A DNA stretch of 32,000 nucleotides, from the NCBI GenBank assembly GCA_028275885.1, contig JAPWTW010000005.1:30001-62000 (forward strand). The letters run 5' to 3'. Below are positions 9,240 to 16,730 of this stretch, piece by piece. The notes under the pieces are model-generated. The model saw only the letters and a program-made list of their open reading frames with translations. It was not told where the DNA came from and searched no databases. This DNA is from Candidatus Nanopusillus sp. (GTDB lineage: Archaea > Nanobdellota > Nanobdellia > Nanobdellales > Nanobdellaceae). Made by a program: the position numbers and the translations under genes. Each line of letters begins with the position of its first letter. Positions within the stretch are counted from its first letter, which is position 1.

Positions 9240-9613
9240 TGGTAGATATAATTAATGATTTCTTTTCTCATGCTACAAATTGTATAAATGTTGGAAGAAG
9301 AGTAGTAGAATTTAATTATTATAATAAATTATTATTGAATATTTTGGAAAAATTAAAAGAATATAAATATATTGAGGGATATAAAACAGAGGGGAAAAAG
9401 ATAGTTGCTATATTTTCAGAATATTTTAATTTTGGAAAGGCAATTCACCCTAGGTTTCCTGTATCATATAGAGAACTAGAAAAGTATGAAAAAAGATATT
9501 TACCTGCAAGTGGTTTTGGGATATTGTTAGTATCTACTAATAAAGGAGTTAAAACAAATGAGGAATGTAAAAGAGAAAAAATAGGCGGGGTTCTAGTTGC
9601 TGTTGTTTATTAA
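9239..9613 (+). CDS. rps8: Ribosomal protein uS8.
   Basis: 124 aa with the motifs NILEKLKEYKYIEGY, LPASGFGILLVSTNKGV and GGVLVAVVY. The ATG overlaps the uS14 TAA (TAATG). Confidence 0.9.
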   Translation: MVDIINDFFSHATNCINVGRRVVEFNYYNKLLLNILEKLKEYKYIEGYKTEGKKIVAIFSEYFNFGKAIHPRFPVSYRELEKYEKRYLPASGFGILLVSTNKGVKTNEECKREKIGGVLVAVVY

Positions 9614-9861
9614 AGTTTTTTCAAATATTCTTCTAATTTTTCCTTTAATTCCTTATTATTTATTATAGATTCTATTTCTGATAATTTTCCTTCTATAGAT
9701 AATAATTTTCTATATAATATACCTAAAGCAATCCATATTTGTACTTTTGAAGGATTATCAGAATTTTCATATATATTTTTATACTTTTTTGTTTCTTCTA
9801 TTAATGATTTTATAAAATCCCTAAATACAGGATCTAAGTTATCTTTCCAATCAGAGGCCAT
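9610..9861 (-). CDS. Hypothetical small helical protein (83 aa), probably co-transcribed with uL18.
   Basis: The ORF overlaps the uL18 3' end by 11 nt. Its stop overlaps the uS8 stop on the opposite strand. No family was recognised. Confidence 0.5.
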   Translation of the reverse strand: MASDWKDNLDPVFRDFIKSLIEETKKYKNIYENSDNPSKVQIWIALGILYRKLLSIEGKLSEIESIINNKELKEKLEEYLKKL

Positions 9862-10447
9862 ATTCTTTTAATATTTTATTTTTTACTTCTTCAAAATGTT
9901 CTACTATTTTTTCAGGTTCTAATCCAACTTTTAAATATCTTGAAAACTGTCTTTTATATTTTTCAGGATCTTCTTCTTTTAACATTAATGCATAATTTTT
10001 TATATGTTCCCCTCTTATTCTATCTTCAGAAGGCAAAATTTCTTTACTATGTGGTATTTTTAATCCAGCATCAACTGCTCCTTTTAATGCTGCATATAAA
10101 GAATTTCCTTTTGTTGATCTATATCTTCCAATATCTAATATTGCTTCTTCAATTCCTCTTTTCTTTGCTTCTAAACCTGCTAATAAACCAACTAAGTATG
10201 CTGTTGGTAAATTTCCTCTATGACCTTTCCATCCATATTTCTTTTCTAATATTTTTGAATGTATTGTGAATAATGTTTTATCTCCATTTTCATTATATAA
10301 TGTTATTTGTGCTAATATATTATTTAAAAATCTTCTAACAACAAATCTTGGTTTTTTTGATTTTAATAACTTTAACCTCTTTCTATAATCTGTAATATTT
10401 TTCCTTCTTCTTCTAAATTTTACTATGTAAGTAGGACCTGTAGCCAT
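9851..10447 (-). CDS. rpl18: Ribosomal protein uL18 (L5e family).
   Basis: The N-terminus [39 protein letters not shown] is typical of archaeal uL18. 198 aa. Confidence 0.9.
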   Translation of the reverse strand: MATGPTYIVKFRRRRKNITDYRKRLKLLKSKKPRFVVRRFLNNILAQITLYNENGDKTLFTIHSKILEKKYGWKGHRGNLPTAYLVGLLAGLEAKKRGIEEAILDIGRYRSTKGNSLYAALKGAVDAGLKIPHSKEILPSEDRIRGEHIKNYALMLKEEDPEKYKRQFSRYLKVGLEPEKIVEHFEEVKNKILKEYGL

Positions 10448-10717
10448 TAAGATATTTTTATAAGTAATTTTTTAAATTTAATTTAATTTAAATATTTAAA
10501 TTCATTTATGATTTTTATATAATATTTGCTTTTTCTTTGTAAAGATTTCAAAAACTTTTTATCTTTATATATTGTGACAATTTTTATTATCTAAAATTTC
10601 AATAGTTTCTTCAGTAAAATTAAGATTTTTATCAATATCTGTTTTAAAGGTTGCTTTAAAATGATCAACTATAAAATATAAATAATTGTAAATTTATTTA
10701 GTAATTTAAATTAAATC

Positions 10718-10801
10718 CGCCGCGGGTGGGATTTGAACCCACGCCCCCTTTCGGGGATATGGTCTCCAGCCATACCCCTTGGTCCGCTCGGGCACCGCGG
10801 C
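10718..10801 (-). tRNA. tRNA-Ser (anticodon GGA), class II with a long variable arm. No intron and no encoded CCA.
   Basis: The reverse complement reads GCCGCGG TG CCC GAGCGGACCAA GGG G TATGG CTGGAGA CCATA TCCCCGAAAGGGGGC GTGGG TTCAAAT CCCAC CCGCGGC G. All stems pair. Coordinates are +/-1. Confidence 0.9.
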
Positions 10802-10806
10802 ATAAA

Positions 10807-10866
10807 TGTCCCCCGCCCATCGTTACCAATATTCATTTTTTCATATTGGTTCGTCTAAGCGGGGAT
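10807..10866 (-). ncRNA. Candidate single-hairpin box H/ACA guide sRNA.
   Basis: Minus strand: AUCCCCGCUU-AGACGAA-CCAAUAU-GAAAAAAUGA-AUAUUGG-UAACGAU-GGGCGGGGG-ACA. This gives a 9-bp lower stem, a 7+7 nt pocket, a 7-bp upper stem and a GA...GA K-loop-like cap. ACA lies immediately 3' of the lower stem. The segment is a GC-rich island. Confidence 0.55.
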
Positions 10867-10901
10867 ACATATTTAATATAATTTAATATAAAAATATTTT
10901 T

Positions 10902-11834
10902 ATGTTAAAAAGAAATTTATTGGAAAGAATAAATCAAAAAATAAATCAAATAAAAAGAGGTGAAGAAAATTATGAGGAAGAAAAAATTAATATTGAAAAA
11001 TTAGATTTAGATAATTTTGAAGTAAAAGAAAAGAAAAAATATGGATTTATAGATTCTTCCCATGTAAATGGAATTGTTGGACCTTACAGTTATATATATT
11101 CAAGAGCAGTAATTGTTTCTGATGATATATATGAAAGTATAGAGGATATAGAATTTTTTGAAACATCTTTTATAAGATCAATAAATAATGAAAATTTTGA
11201 TATTCAAGATATTTCAGAATTAATATCAAAAAATCTAGAATATAAATTGGCGAGAAAATATTCTGATAGATATGTATTTATAGATGGATCAATAATATCA
11301 GATTCTATATTATATTCAAAGTTTCTGTATAATTTTTATAATGAGAATATTGAAAATAGGAGAAAAGAATTTTTAGAAAATTTTGAATATTTAATAAATA
11401 ATGGAAATTTGTTGGCAGTTGCAAAAAGAATATTAAATTTAGATATAATAAAGCCAGGTAGATCAGATTTATTAACATTGATGAAAGTTTTTCCATCAGA
11501 AATATTTTATACAGATATTAAAGAAAAACAATTAAAAGAATTTTTAGGTTTTAAAATTCCAAACTGTTCATTTTGTAACAAAAATATATATATAATATAT
11601 TTCAGAGCTAGGTATAATGATCATATATATAGATTGGAAGGAATGGAGAAAATTGGAAAAGAAAAGTTCAAAGAAATAATAAAAGAAATTATTTATGATC
11701 AAAAATCTTATCCTAAAGGGTTAAAATTGGCCCACAACTTATGTAAAATAATAAATAAAGAAAAGTTATTATTAGAAAGTTATATTAAGAAAATTTTAGG
11801 ATTTGAAAAAACTGTTGGTTGGGAAACTCATTAG
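10902..11834 (+). CDS. nurA: NurA-like 5'-3' nuclease domain protein.
   Basis: It has the pair of acidic motifs YGFIDSS and VFIDGSIISD, then LLAVAKR (similar to the 'gvsK' motif) and the C-terminal YPKGLKLAHNLCKI, all characteristic of NurA. Assignment is by eye. Confidence 0.5.
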   Translation: MLKRNLLERINQKINQIKRGEENYEEEKINIEKLDLDNFEVKEKKKYGFIDSSHVNGIVGPYSYIYSRAVIVSDDIYESIEDIEFFETSFIRSINNENFDIQDISELISKNLEYKLARKYSDRYVFIDGSIISDSILYSKFLYNFYNENIENRRKEFLENFEYLINNGNLLAVAKRILNLDIIKPGRSDLLTLMKVFPSEIFYTDIKEKQLKEFLGFKIPNCSFCNKNIYIIYFRARYNDHIYRLEGMEKIGKEKFKEIIKEIIYDQKSYPKGLKLAHNLCKIINKEKLLLESYIKKILGFEKTVGWETH

Positions 11835-11907
11835 GGTCCGGGGCGGGATTTGAACCCGCGATCTTCGGGTCCACAGCCCGACGCCTTACCACTAGGCTAC
11901 CCGGACC
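11835..11907 (-). tRNA. tRNA-His (anticodon GUG) with a genome-encoded G-1.
   Basis: The reverse complement reads G(-1) GTCCGGG TA GCCT AGTGGTA AGGC G TCGGG CTGTGGA CCCGA AGATC GCGGG TTCAAAT CCCGC CCCGGAC C. G-1 can pair with C73. The 3' end abuts the TAG (11832-11834) of the convergent nurA-like ORF. Confidence 0.9.
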
Positions 11908-11935
11908 ATAAAAAAATATTATAAAATTCATATTT

Positions 11936-13540
11936 TTAACCAATATAAATTAAAGGCATTACACCATTTGGAGGATATGCTCTAGCAATTACCCATTGGA
12001 TGTATAAACTTGATGATGCTAATGAACTGCTGCATACTCCTGATAATTCTAAAGTAGGATATTGAAATGGATTATAATTTAAACTTGCATATGTATATCT
12101 ATTATAATTTCTATTATATGTATTTAATAATGTTAATGGAACCCATACCTGATTAGTATTATAAATATAATATCCTGTTTGAGCATATGTTGAATTAACT
12201 ATCAAATATCCGTAAACCGTATCAGATTGAAATGGAAAACTTGTAGAATTTAAAGTTTGACCAGTTACTGCAGATCTTAAATATAATCCACCACTAGAAG
12301 GATGGTACCAGAAAAAAGCATTTGTAGATAAGTTAGGTACCGGTCCTGATATTTGGTTACTAGTATTTCCAAATAAAGATATTATAGACCCTCCTGTACC
12401 TATATAAATGGAATATGAAGAAGAATAGAAATACCAAGTTGTTTCAACAATTAAAGGCATTAAAGTAATATTCCAATTATTTGGAGGTAATATATATGTT
12501 CCACTACATTGTTGATAGTTTCCATTTGTCATTTGAATACCATTTGGAGTTACTTTAGGAGACCATAATGAGGAAGTGTTATATAAACCCCATCCATCTG
12601 TTGTATTATTAAAATATCCATATGCTGTAAATACATATCTACCATTATCATATTGTCTTGAAGGATCTACATTTGGAGAAGCACCCACATAAGGATAATA
12701 TTGTTGATAATAATTTGAAGAACTATTTCCTATATACATATATATTGTTACATTACTATTAGCATGGATACCATTATCTAATTTTATCCACCAAATCTTA
12801 CAATATGTACTTCCATTTATTAATTGTCCTTCATACCATGAATATATATCAGGAGTACTATTACAGGTTGTAGTAAAATATACATTTGATCCATTATTAT
12901 TAATTAAATTAAATAATGTTACATTGTTTATATAAGCAAAATTAGGACCTATATTTATTGTTCCATTACATATTGCAATATCTTGTTGGAATGGAGATGG
13001 TGTAGGAATGCTTTGAGTATTGTACAATGTTAAAGTTAAATATGGGAATTGACAAGTAAAATCTAATATGTTAAAGACAATTGGCGGTTGAAAATAATTA
13101 ATTAAATGATTTGAAATATATTTTATAGTAAATATTCCGATTATATCATTAACTATCCCAACTTCTAATTTATAATTTCCATTTTGATCTGGAGGAATTT
13201 GTGATAAATTTGCAACAATAATTAATAAACCATTGTTATATGGATTTACAATAGATCCATTTGAATTATAAGGATAAACTTTTACTAATCTATCATTTAA
13301 AATTGCAAATACTTGAGAATAATTAACAGGTTCTGAAGGTTTTACATATGCATATAAAGTATTATTTGCTATAAAATAATCTAATAATTGGAAATTTAAT
13401 TTTAAAGATTTTGAAATTCCCTGTCCAGTTGGATTTATGATATTTAAATTGGGAGAAATTATATTGTATATTATAACAGTAGCAAGAGCACCCGCTACCA
13501 ATAATATCAATGCTACAATCATCTCGGATTGTAATCTCAT
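11936..13540 (-). CDS. Secreted or surface protein: short pilin-like leader plus hydrophobic helix, then a DUF2341-like and a ConA/LamG-like region. Very rich in N-x-S/T sequons.
   Basis: The N-terminus is MRLQSEMIVALILLVAGALATVIIY. The stretch IYSWYEGQLINGSTYCKIWWIKLDNGIHANSNVTIYMYIGNSS resembles the DUF2341 signature (yW.E.w....a..WVk.p.i.a....iymyyGn). There are more than 15 N-x-S/T sites, and the composition is N/Y/S/T/G/P-rich, unlike the cytoplasmic proteins here. Confidence 0.55.
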   Translation of the reverse strand: MRLQSEMIVALILLVAGALATVIIYNIISPNLNIINPTGQGISKSLKLNFQLLDYFIANNTLYAYVKPSEPVNYSQVFAILNDRLVKVYPYNSNGSIVNPYNNGLLIIVANLSQIPPDQNGNYKLEVGIVNDIIGIFTIKYISNHLINYFQPPIVFNILDFTCQFPYLTLTLYNTQSIPTPSPFQQDIAICNGTINIGPNFAYINNVTLFNLINNNGSNVYFTTTCNSTPDIYSWYEGQLINGSTYCKIWWIKLDNGIHANSNVTIYMYIGNSSSNYYQQYYPYVGASPNVDPSRQYDNGRYVFTAYGYFNNTTDGWGLYNTSSLWSPKVTPNGIQMTNGNYQQCSGTYILPPNNWNITLMPLIVETTWYFYSSSYSIYIGTGGSIISLFGNTSNQISGPVPNLSTNAFFWYHPSSGGLYLRSAVTGQTLNSTSFPFQSDTVYGYLIVNSTYAQTGYYIYNTNQVWVPLTLLNTYNRNYNRYTYASLNYNPFQYPTLELSGVCSSSLASSSLYIQWVIARAYPPNGVMPLIYIG

Positions 13541-13550
13541 ATTATATTAA

Positions 13551-14009
13551 TTAATTAGCATATATTAAAGTTTGAAACTTAATCCCATAACAAGATACCA
13601 ATATTATATAATTCCATGAATTATTTACTAAATAATTATTGTTAAAATATATTGTTGCATTTTCACCCGGTAAAAATAGATTTGATGGATATAAATAATT
13701 TATAGAATAATTAAAAGGGGAAAAATAACCATTAACATATAATTGAAAACACGATAAATCTAATGCTTTATTTCCATTATTATATATAATTAAATATGGA
13801 CTTGAATAGTTTGTTTGATTATTTAAAAATTTTATATTTTCTCCTACAATATTTCTTACTTGGTTAGCTACCGAATTTGCTGTATAATAAAAATTCTTAT
13901 AATAATTATCTAAAATTAAATATAAAATAGATGAAGAAATAATAAAAATGACAAATCCAATAATTGCTCCAACAATTGATCCTAAATCAGATTTCATACT
14001 ACCGTACAC
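13551..14009 (-). CDS. Small pilin-like (class III signal peptide-like) secreted protein.
   Basis: The internal Met at 13997 gives MKSDLGSIVGAIIGFVIFIISS and an ATGA overlap with the upstream stop (13994-13996). The true start may therefore be 13997. It has an N-terminal hydrophobic helix, a sequon-rich N/Y-rich body, and about 150 aa. Confidence 0.45.
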   Translation of the reverse strand: MYGSMKSDLGSIVGAIIGFVIFIISSSILYLILDNYYKNFYYTANSVANQVRNIVGENIKFLNNQTNYSSPYLIIYNNGNKALDLSCFQLYVNGYFSPFNYSINYLYPSNLFLPGENATIYFNNNYLVNNSWNYIILVSCYGIKFQTLIYAN

Positions 14010-14473
14010 GTACTTGCAGTTGTATTAACATATACCAAATTCTGTGCATATGCTCCAGTAGATGCAACAATTTTTACTTGATAAAAGTTCGTTGTTACAG
14101 AAATATTTGCAACAATTGCAATTGTATCATAAGGCCCCCAAGCTGAAGTGCCAGTATAGCTGTTTGCAATATAAATTCTTGTATTATTTACTAATACTCC
14201 GTTAACAAATAATAATGTTAAATTTTGATTTAGTACTATACTTCCCCTGTTTGTTACATAGAAATATAATAAATTTGTTGTATTGTTATATGCACAAGAA
14301 TCTAATGTAATGTAAGTATTTAATTGATTTTGTAATGATTGAGAGTTTGCAATTGCAGCATTACTTATTCCATTTAAATTATTATATGCTGTAGAAACGA
14401 ATATATAAGCAGCAATACCAGCAACTATAAATAATATGATTTCTACAAGAATTGTTCCAAATTGAGTTTTCAT
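13994..14473 (-). CDS. Small pilin-like (class III signal peptide-like) secreted protein.
   Basis: The N-terminus is MKTQFGTILVEIILFIVAGIAAYIFVS. The remainder is beta-rich and N/T-rich with several N-x-S/T sites. It is the first gene of a three-gene minus-strand cluster. Confidence 0.45.
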   Translation of the reverse strand: MKTQFGTILVEIILFIVAGIAAYIFVSTAYNNLNGISNAAIANSQSLQNQLNTYITLDSCAYNNTTNLLYFYVTNRGSIVLNQNLTLLFVNGVLVNNTRIYIANSYTGTSAWGPYDTIAIVANISVTTNFYQVKIVASTGAYAQNLVYVNTTASTCTVV

Positions 14474-14504
14474 TAAGAATTATGATCTATTAAAAAATAT
14501 AAAT

Positions 14505-15320
14505 CTATTCTACCAATTCATACCCTTCAATACCTCTTTCATTCATATTTTTTTTCCATTCTAACATCCTTTCTTGTCTTTTTACTTCAAGTTCGCAAAC
14601 TTTATCTATTATTTTTAAATTCTGTATACCCTTTATTTCAATTTTTTCTCCCCCTTCTATTGATATATTTACATCTTGTCTAATAGTTCCCAATCCTCTT
14701 TTTACTTTTCCAGTTAATCTTAATATTAATCCAATATATTCAGCGACTTCCTTTACTTCTTTTGGATCTCTTAAATCAGGACCTGTAGATATTTCTATTA
14801 ATGGTATTCCTAATCTATCCAATCTATAAACTATATAATCTTCTCCCTCTTCAATTTTTCTTGCAGCGTCTTCTTCAATACAAATTGTTCCAATACTTAT
14901 CTTTTTATCTTTATATTTTAATTCTCCATTTAGTGATAATAATAATGTTCTTTGAAAACCAGATGTATTTGATCCATCTACAACAATCTTTCTCATAACC
15001 TGTAAAACCTTTGGAATATACATATTAAAAAATGTTGAGATTAATATTCCAAATTTTAATGCTTCAATATTAATTAAATGTGGTGGTTCTTCATCAAGCT
15101 CAACTAAACAAGAATAATCTTTAGAATATTCATATATATATTTTTTATCTTTCATAGTTTCATATTCTGCTGCAATATCTTTTTTTCCAATTTCACTTAA
15201 TGTTGCTCTCAATTTTCTTTCAATTTTATAATCATATTTATCACTTAAATTTGTAGGACAATTACAAAATAGTTTTTCTTTTGTATCAATTTGTTGATGT
15301 ATTTCTAATCCAGCAATCAT
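14505..15320 (-). CDS. gatE: Glu-tRNA(Gln) amidotransferase subunit E, N-terminal (cradle/catalytic) part only. Possible split gene.
   Basis: The motifs GLEIHQQI..KLFCNC, CLVELDEEPPH, MRKIVVDGSNTSGFQRT, LDRLGIPLIEISTGP, KRGLGTIRQDVNISI and EIKGIQNL are colinear with the first ~280 aa of ~620-aa GatE proteins. The ORF stops after 271 aa, and only a 31-bp spacer separates it from the next, unrelated gene. Confidence 0.8.
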   Translation of the reverse strand: MIAGLEIHQQIDTKEKLFCNCPTNLSDKYDYKIERKLRATLSEIGKKDIAAEYETMKDKKYIYEYSKDYSCLVELDEEPPHLINIEALKFGILISTFFNMYIPKVLQVMRKIVVDGSNTSGFQRTLLLSLNGELKYKDKKISIGTICIEEDAARKIEEGEDYIVYRLDRLGIPLIEISTGPDLRDPKEVKEVAEYIGLILRLTGKVKRGLGTIRQDVNISIEGGEKIEIKGIQNLKIIDKVCELEVKRQERMLEWKKNMNERGIEGYELVE

Positions 15321-15371
15321 AACAATAAAAATATTAAAAAAATTAATAAATTATAATTTCAAAATAAAATT

Positions 15372-16250
15372 ATGCAATTTATGAGAGCAAAGGGATTTTA
15401 TCCATTTGATTCTTCAGATTTACTCTCTCAAATCGAACAATACTTTATGGATAAAAGATATGGACCTGGGTATATTCCAAAAAATATAAAAAAAGAAAAA
15501 AATATAATTTCCGGAATTGTTCCACATGCAAGTTATGAATATCTTTTACCAGTTTCTGTAAAATTCTATAAAGAATTATATGAAAATTTTGATTTTGATA
15601 CAATAATAATTATTGGTCCAAATCATCATAATATTGGTCAAAAAATAAATTTGATAATTGATGATTGGTATACGCCATTTGGTATAATTAAAGTAGATGT
15701 AGAATTTGCTAGAAAAATATTAAATAATTATGATTCATATGAAAATCCAATTATATCAAAATATGAATATTCAATTGAGGTTCAATTACCTATATTGAGA
15801 TATTTATTTAAGGATAAAGTAAAAATTGTTCCAATAATTGTAAAAGAAGTTGAATTAGAAATGATAAAAGATTTTGTTAAATTATTAAAAGAATTATCTA
15901 AAGAATTAAATAGAAAAATTGTATTAATATCTACTGGAAATTTATATCATCACGGAGAATTTTATGGAAATATTATATATAAAGAAAATATATCTAAAAA
16001 TGTAAAAAAAGAATCTGAAAAAATAATAGAGTATATATTAAATTTAGATTCTGAAAAATTATACAAATTGGAAATAGATAGTAAAATATTCTGTGGAAAA
16101 TATCCTTTTTTATTTTTTATAGAATATACAAAATTATATAAAGGAAAAATAAAACTAATAAATCATATTTTATCTTCTGAAATAAATAATGATGAAAAGA
16201 ATGTTGTTGGTTATGCATCTTTATTATCTTATAAACCATTAAAGAAATAA
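15372..16250 (+). CDS. MEMO1-family protein (AmmeMemoRadiSam system protein B).
   Basis: RAKGFYPFDSSDL, GIVPHASYEY and IIIIGPNHH match the MEMO/UPF0103 signature (AG.FYP ... PHAGY.ySG ... lGP.H). Confidence 0.8.
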   Translation: MQFMRAKGFYPFDSSDLLSQIEQYFMDKRYGPGYIPKNIKKEKNIISGIVPHASYEYLLPVSVKFYKELYENFDFDTIIIIGPNHHNIGQKINLIIDDWYTPFGIIKVDVEFARKILNNYDSYENPIISKYEYSIEVQLPILRYLFKDKVKIVPIIVKEVELEMIKDFVKLLKELSKELNRKIVLISTGNLYHHGEFYGNIIYKENISKNVKKESEKIIEYILNLDSEKLYKLEIDSKIFCGKYPFLFFIEYTKLYKGKIKLINHILSSEINNDEKNVVGYASLLSYKPLKK

Positions 16251-16257
16251 CAATATT

Positions 16258-16701
16258 ATGGATATAGATGACTTTAATGACATATATGAAGAAATTAGAA
16301 GGGAAATTGCTAGACAGATGAAATTATGGAGGAGATTCTTTAGTAGGGCAAGAAAAAGATTTGGACTTGACTTTGAATATGAAGTACCTGCAGTAGATGT
16401 AGTAGATGAAGGAGATAAATATCTAATAGAAATTGATCTACCAGGAGTTGATAAGAAAGATATAAATGTTACCTTAGTAGATCATCATCTAAAAATTGTT
16501 GCATCAAGAAAAATTGAAAGGAAAGAAAAAGATGAGAATTATATATTATCTGAAAGAGTATTTTCAGGATATAAAAGAGTAATTCCATTGCCAGGAGATG
16601 CAGATGAGAATTCTATAAAGGCAAAATATGAAAATGGAGTATTAAGGATTGAAATAGGGAAAAAGCCAGGTTATGAAGGAAAGAAAATAAATCTAGAATA
16701 A
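16258..16701 (+). CDS. hsp20: Small heat-shock protein, Hsp20/alpha-crystallin family.
   Basis: PAVDVVDEGDKYLIEIDLPGVDKKDINVTL...IPLPGDADENSIKAKYENGVLRIEI is a canonical alpha-crystallin domain. Confidence 0.9.
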   Translation: MDIDDFNDIYEEIRREIARQMKLWRRFFSRARKRFGLDFEYEVPAVDVVDEGDKYLIEIDLPGVDKKDINVTLVDHHLKIVASRKIERKEKDENYILSERVFSGYKRVIPLPGDADENSIKAKYENGVLRIEIGKKPGYEGKKINLE

Positions 16702-16730
16702 TTTTTTAATTTTTTATAATATAAATTTTT

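Noticed and set aside
10448-10717. 270-bp spacer between uL18 and tRNA-Ser, checked for a small gene or RNA. An open minus-strand frame gives ...VDHFKATFKTDIDKNLNFTEETIEILDNKNCHNI.
   Set aside because: The frame has no ATG/GTG/TTG start after the preceding stop. There is no GC-rich structured segment. The AATTTA-type low-complexity repeats near 10475-10500 look like plain AT-rich spacer or promoter DNA.
10807-10866. Alternative readings of the GC-rich hairpin upstream of tRNA-Ser: a split-tRNA half with a complementary leader, or a tRNA intron/BHB element.
   Set aside because: tRNA-Ser is complete and uninterrupted. The hairpin has no tRNA-like arms. The pocket, K-loop and ACA layout fits an H/ACA guide much better.
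13994-14009. 16-nt overlap between the two small pilin-like ORFs, considered as a possible frameshift fusion.
   Set aside because: An internal ATG at 13997 forms a standard ATGA stop/start overlap, like several other gene pairs in this window. Two separate, translationally coupled genes is the simpler reading.
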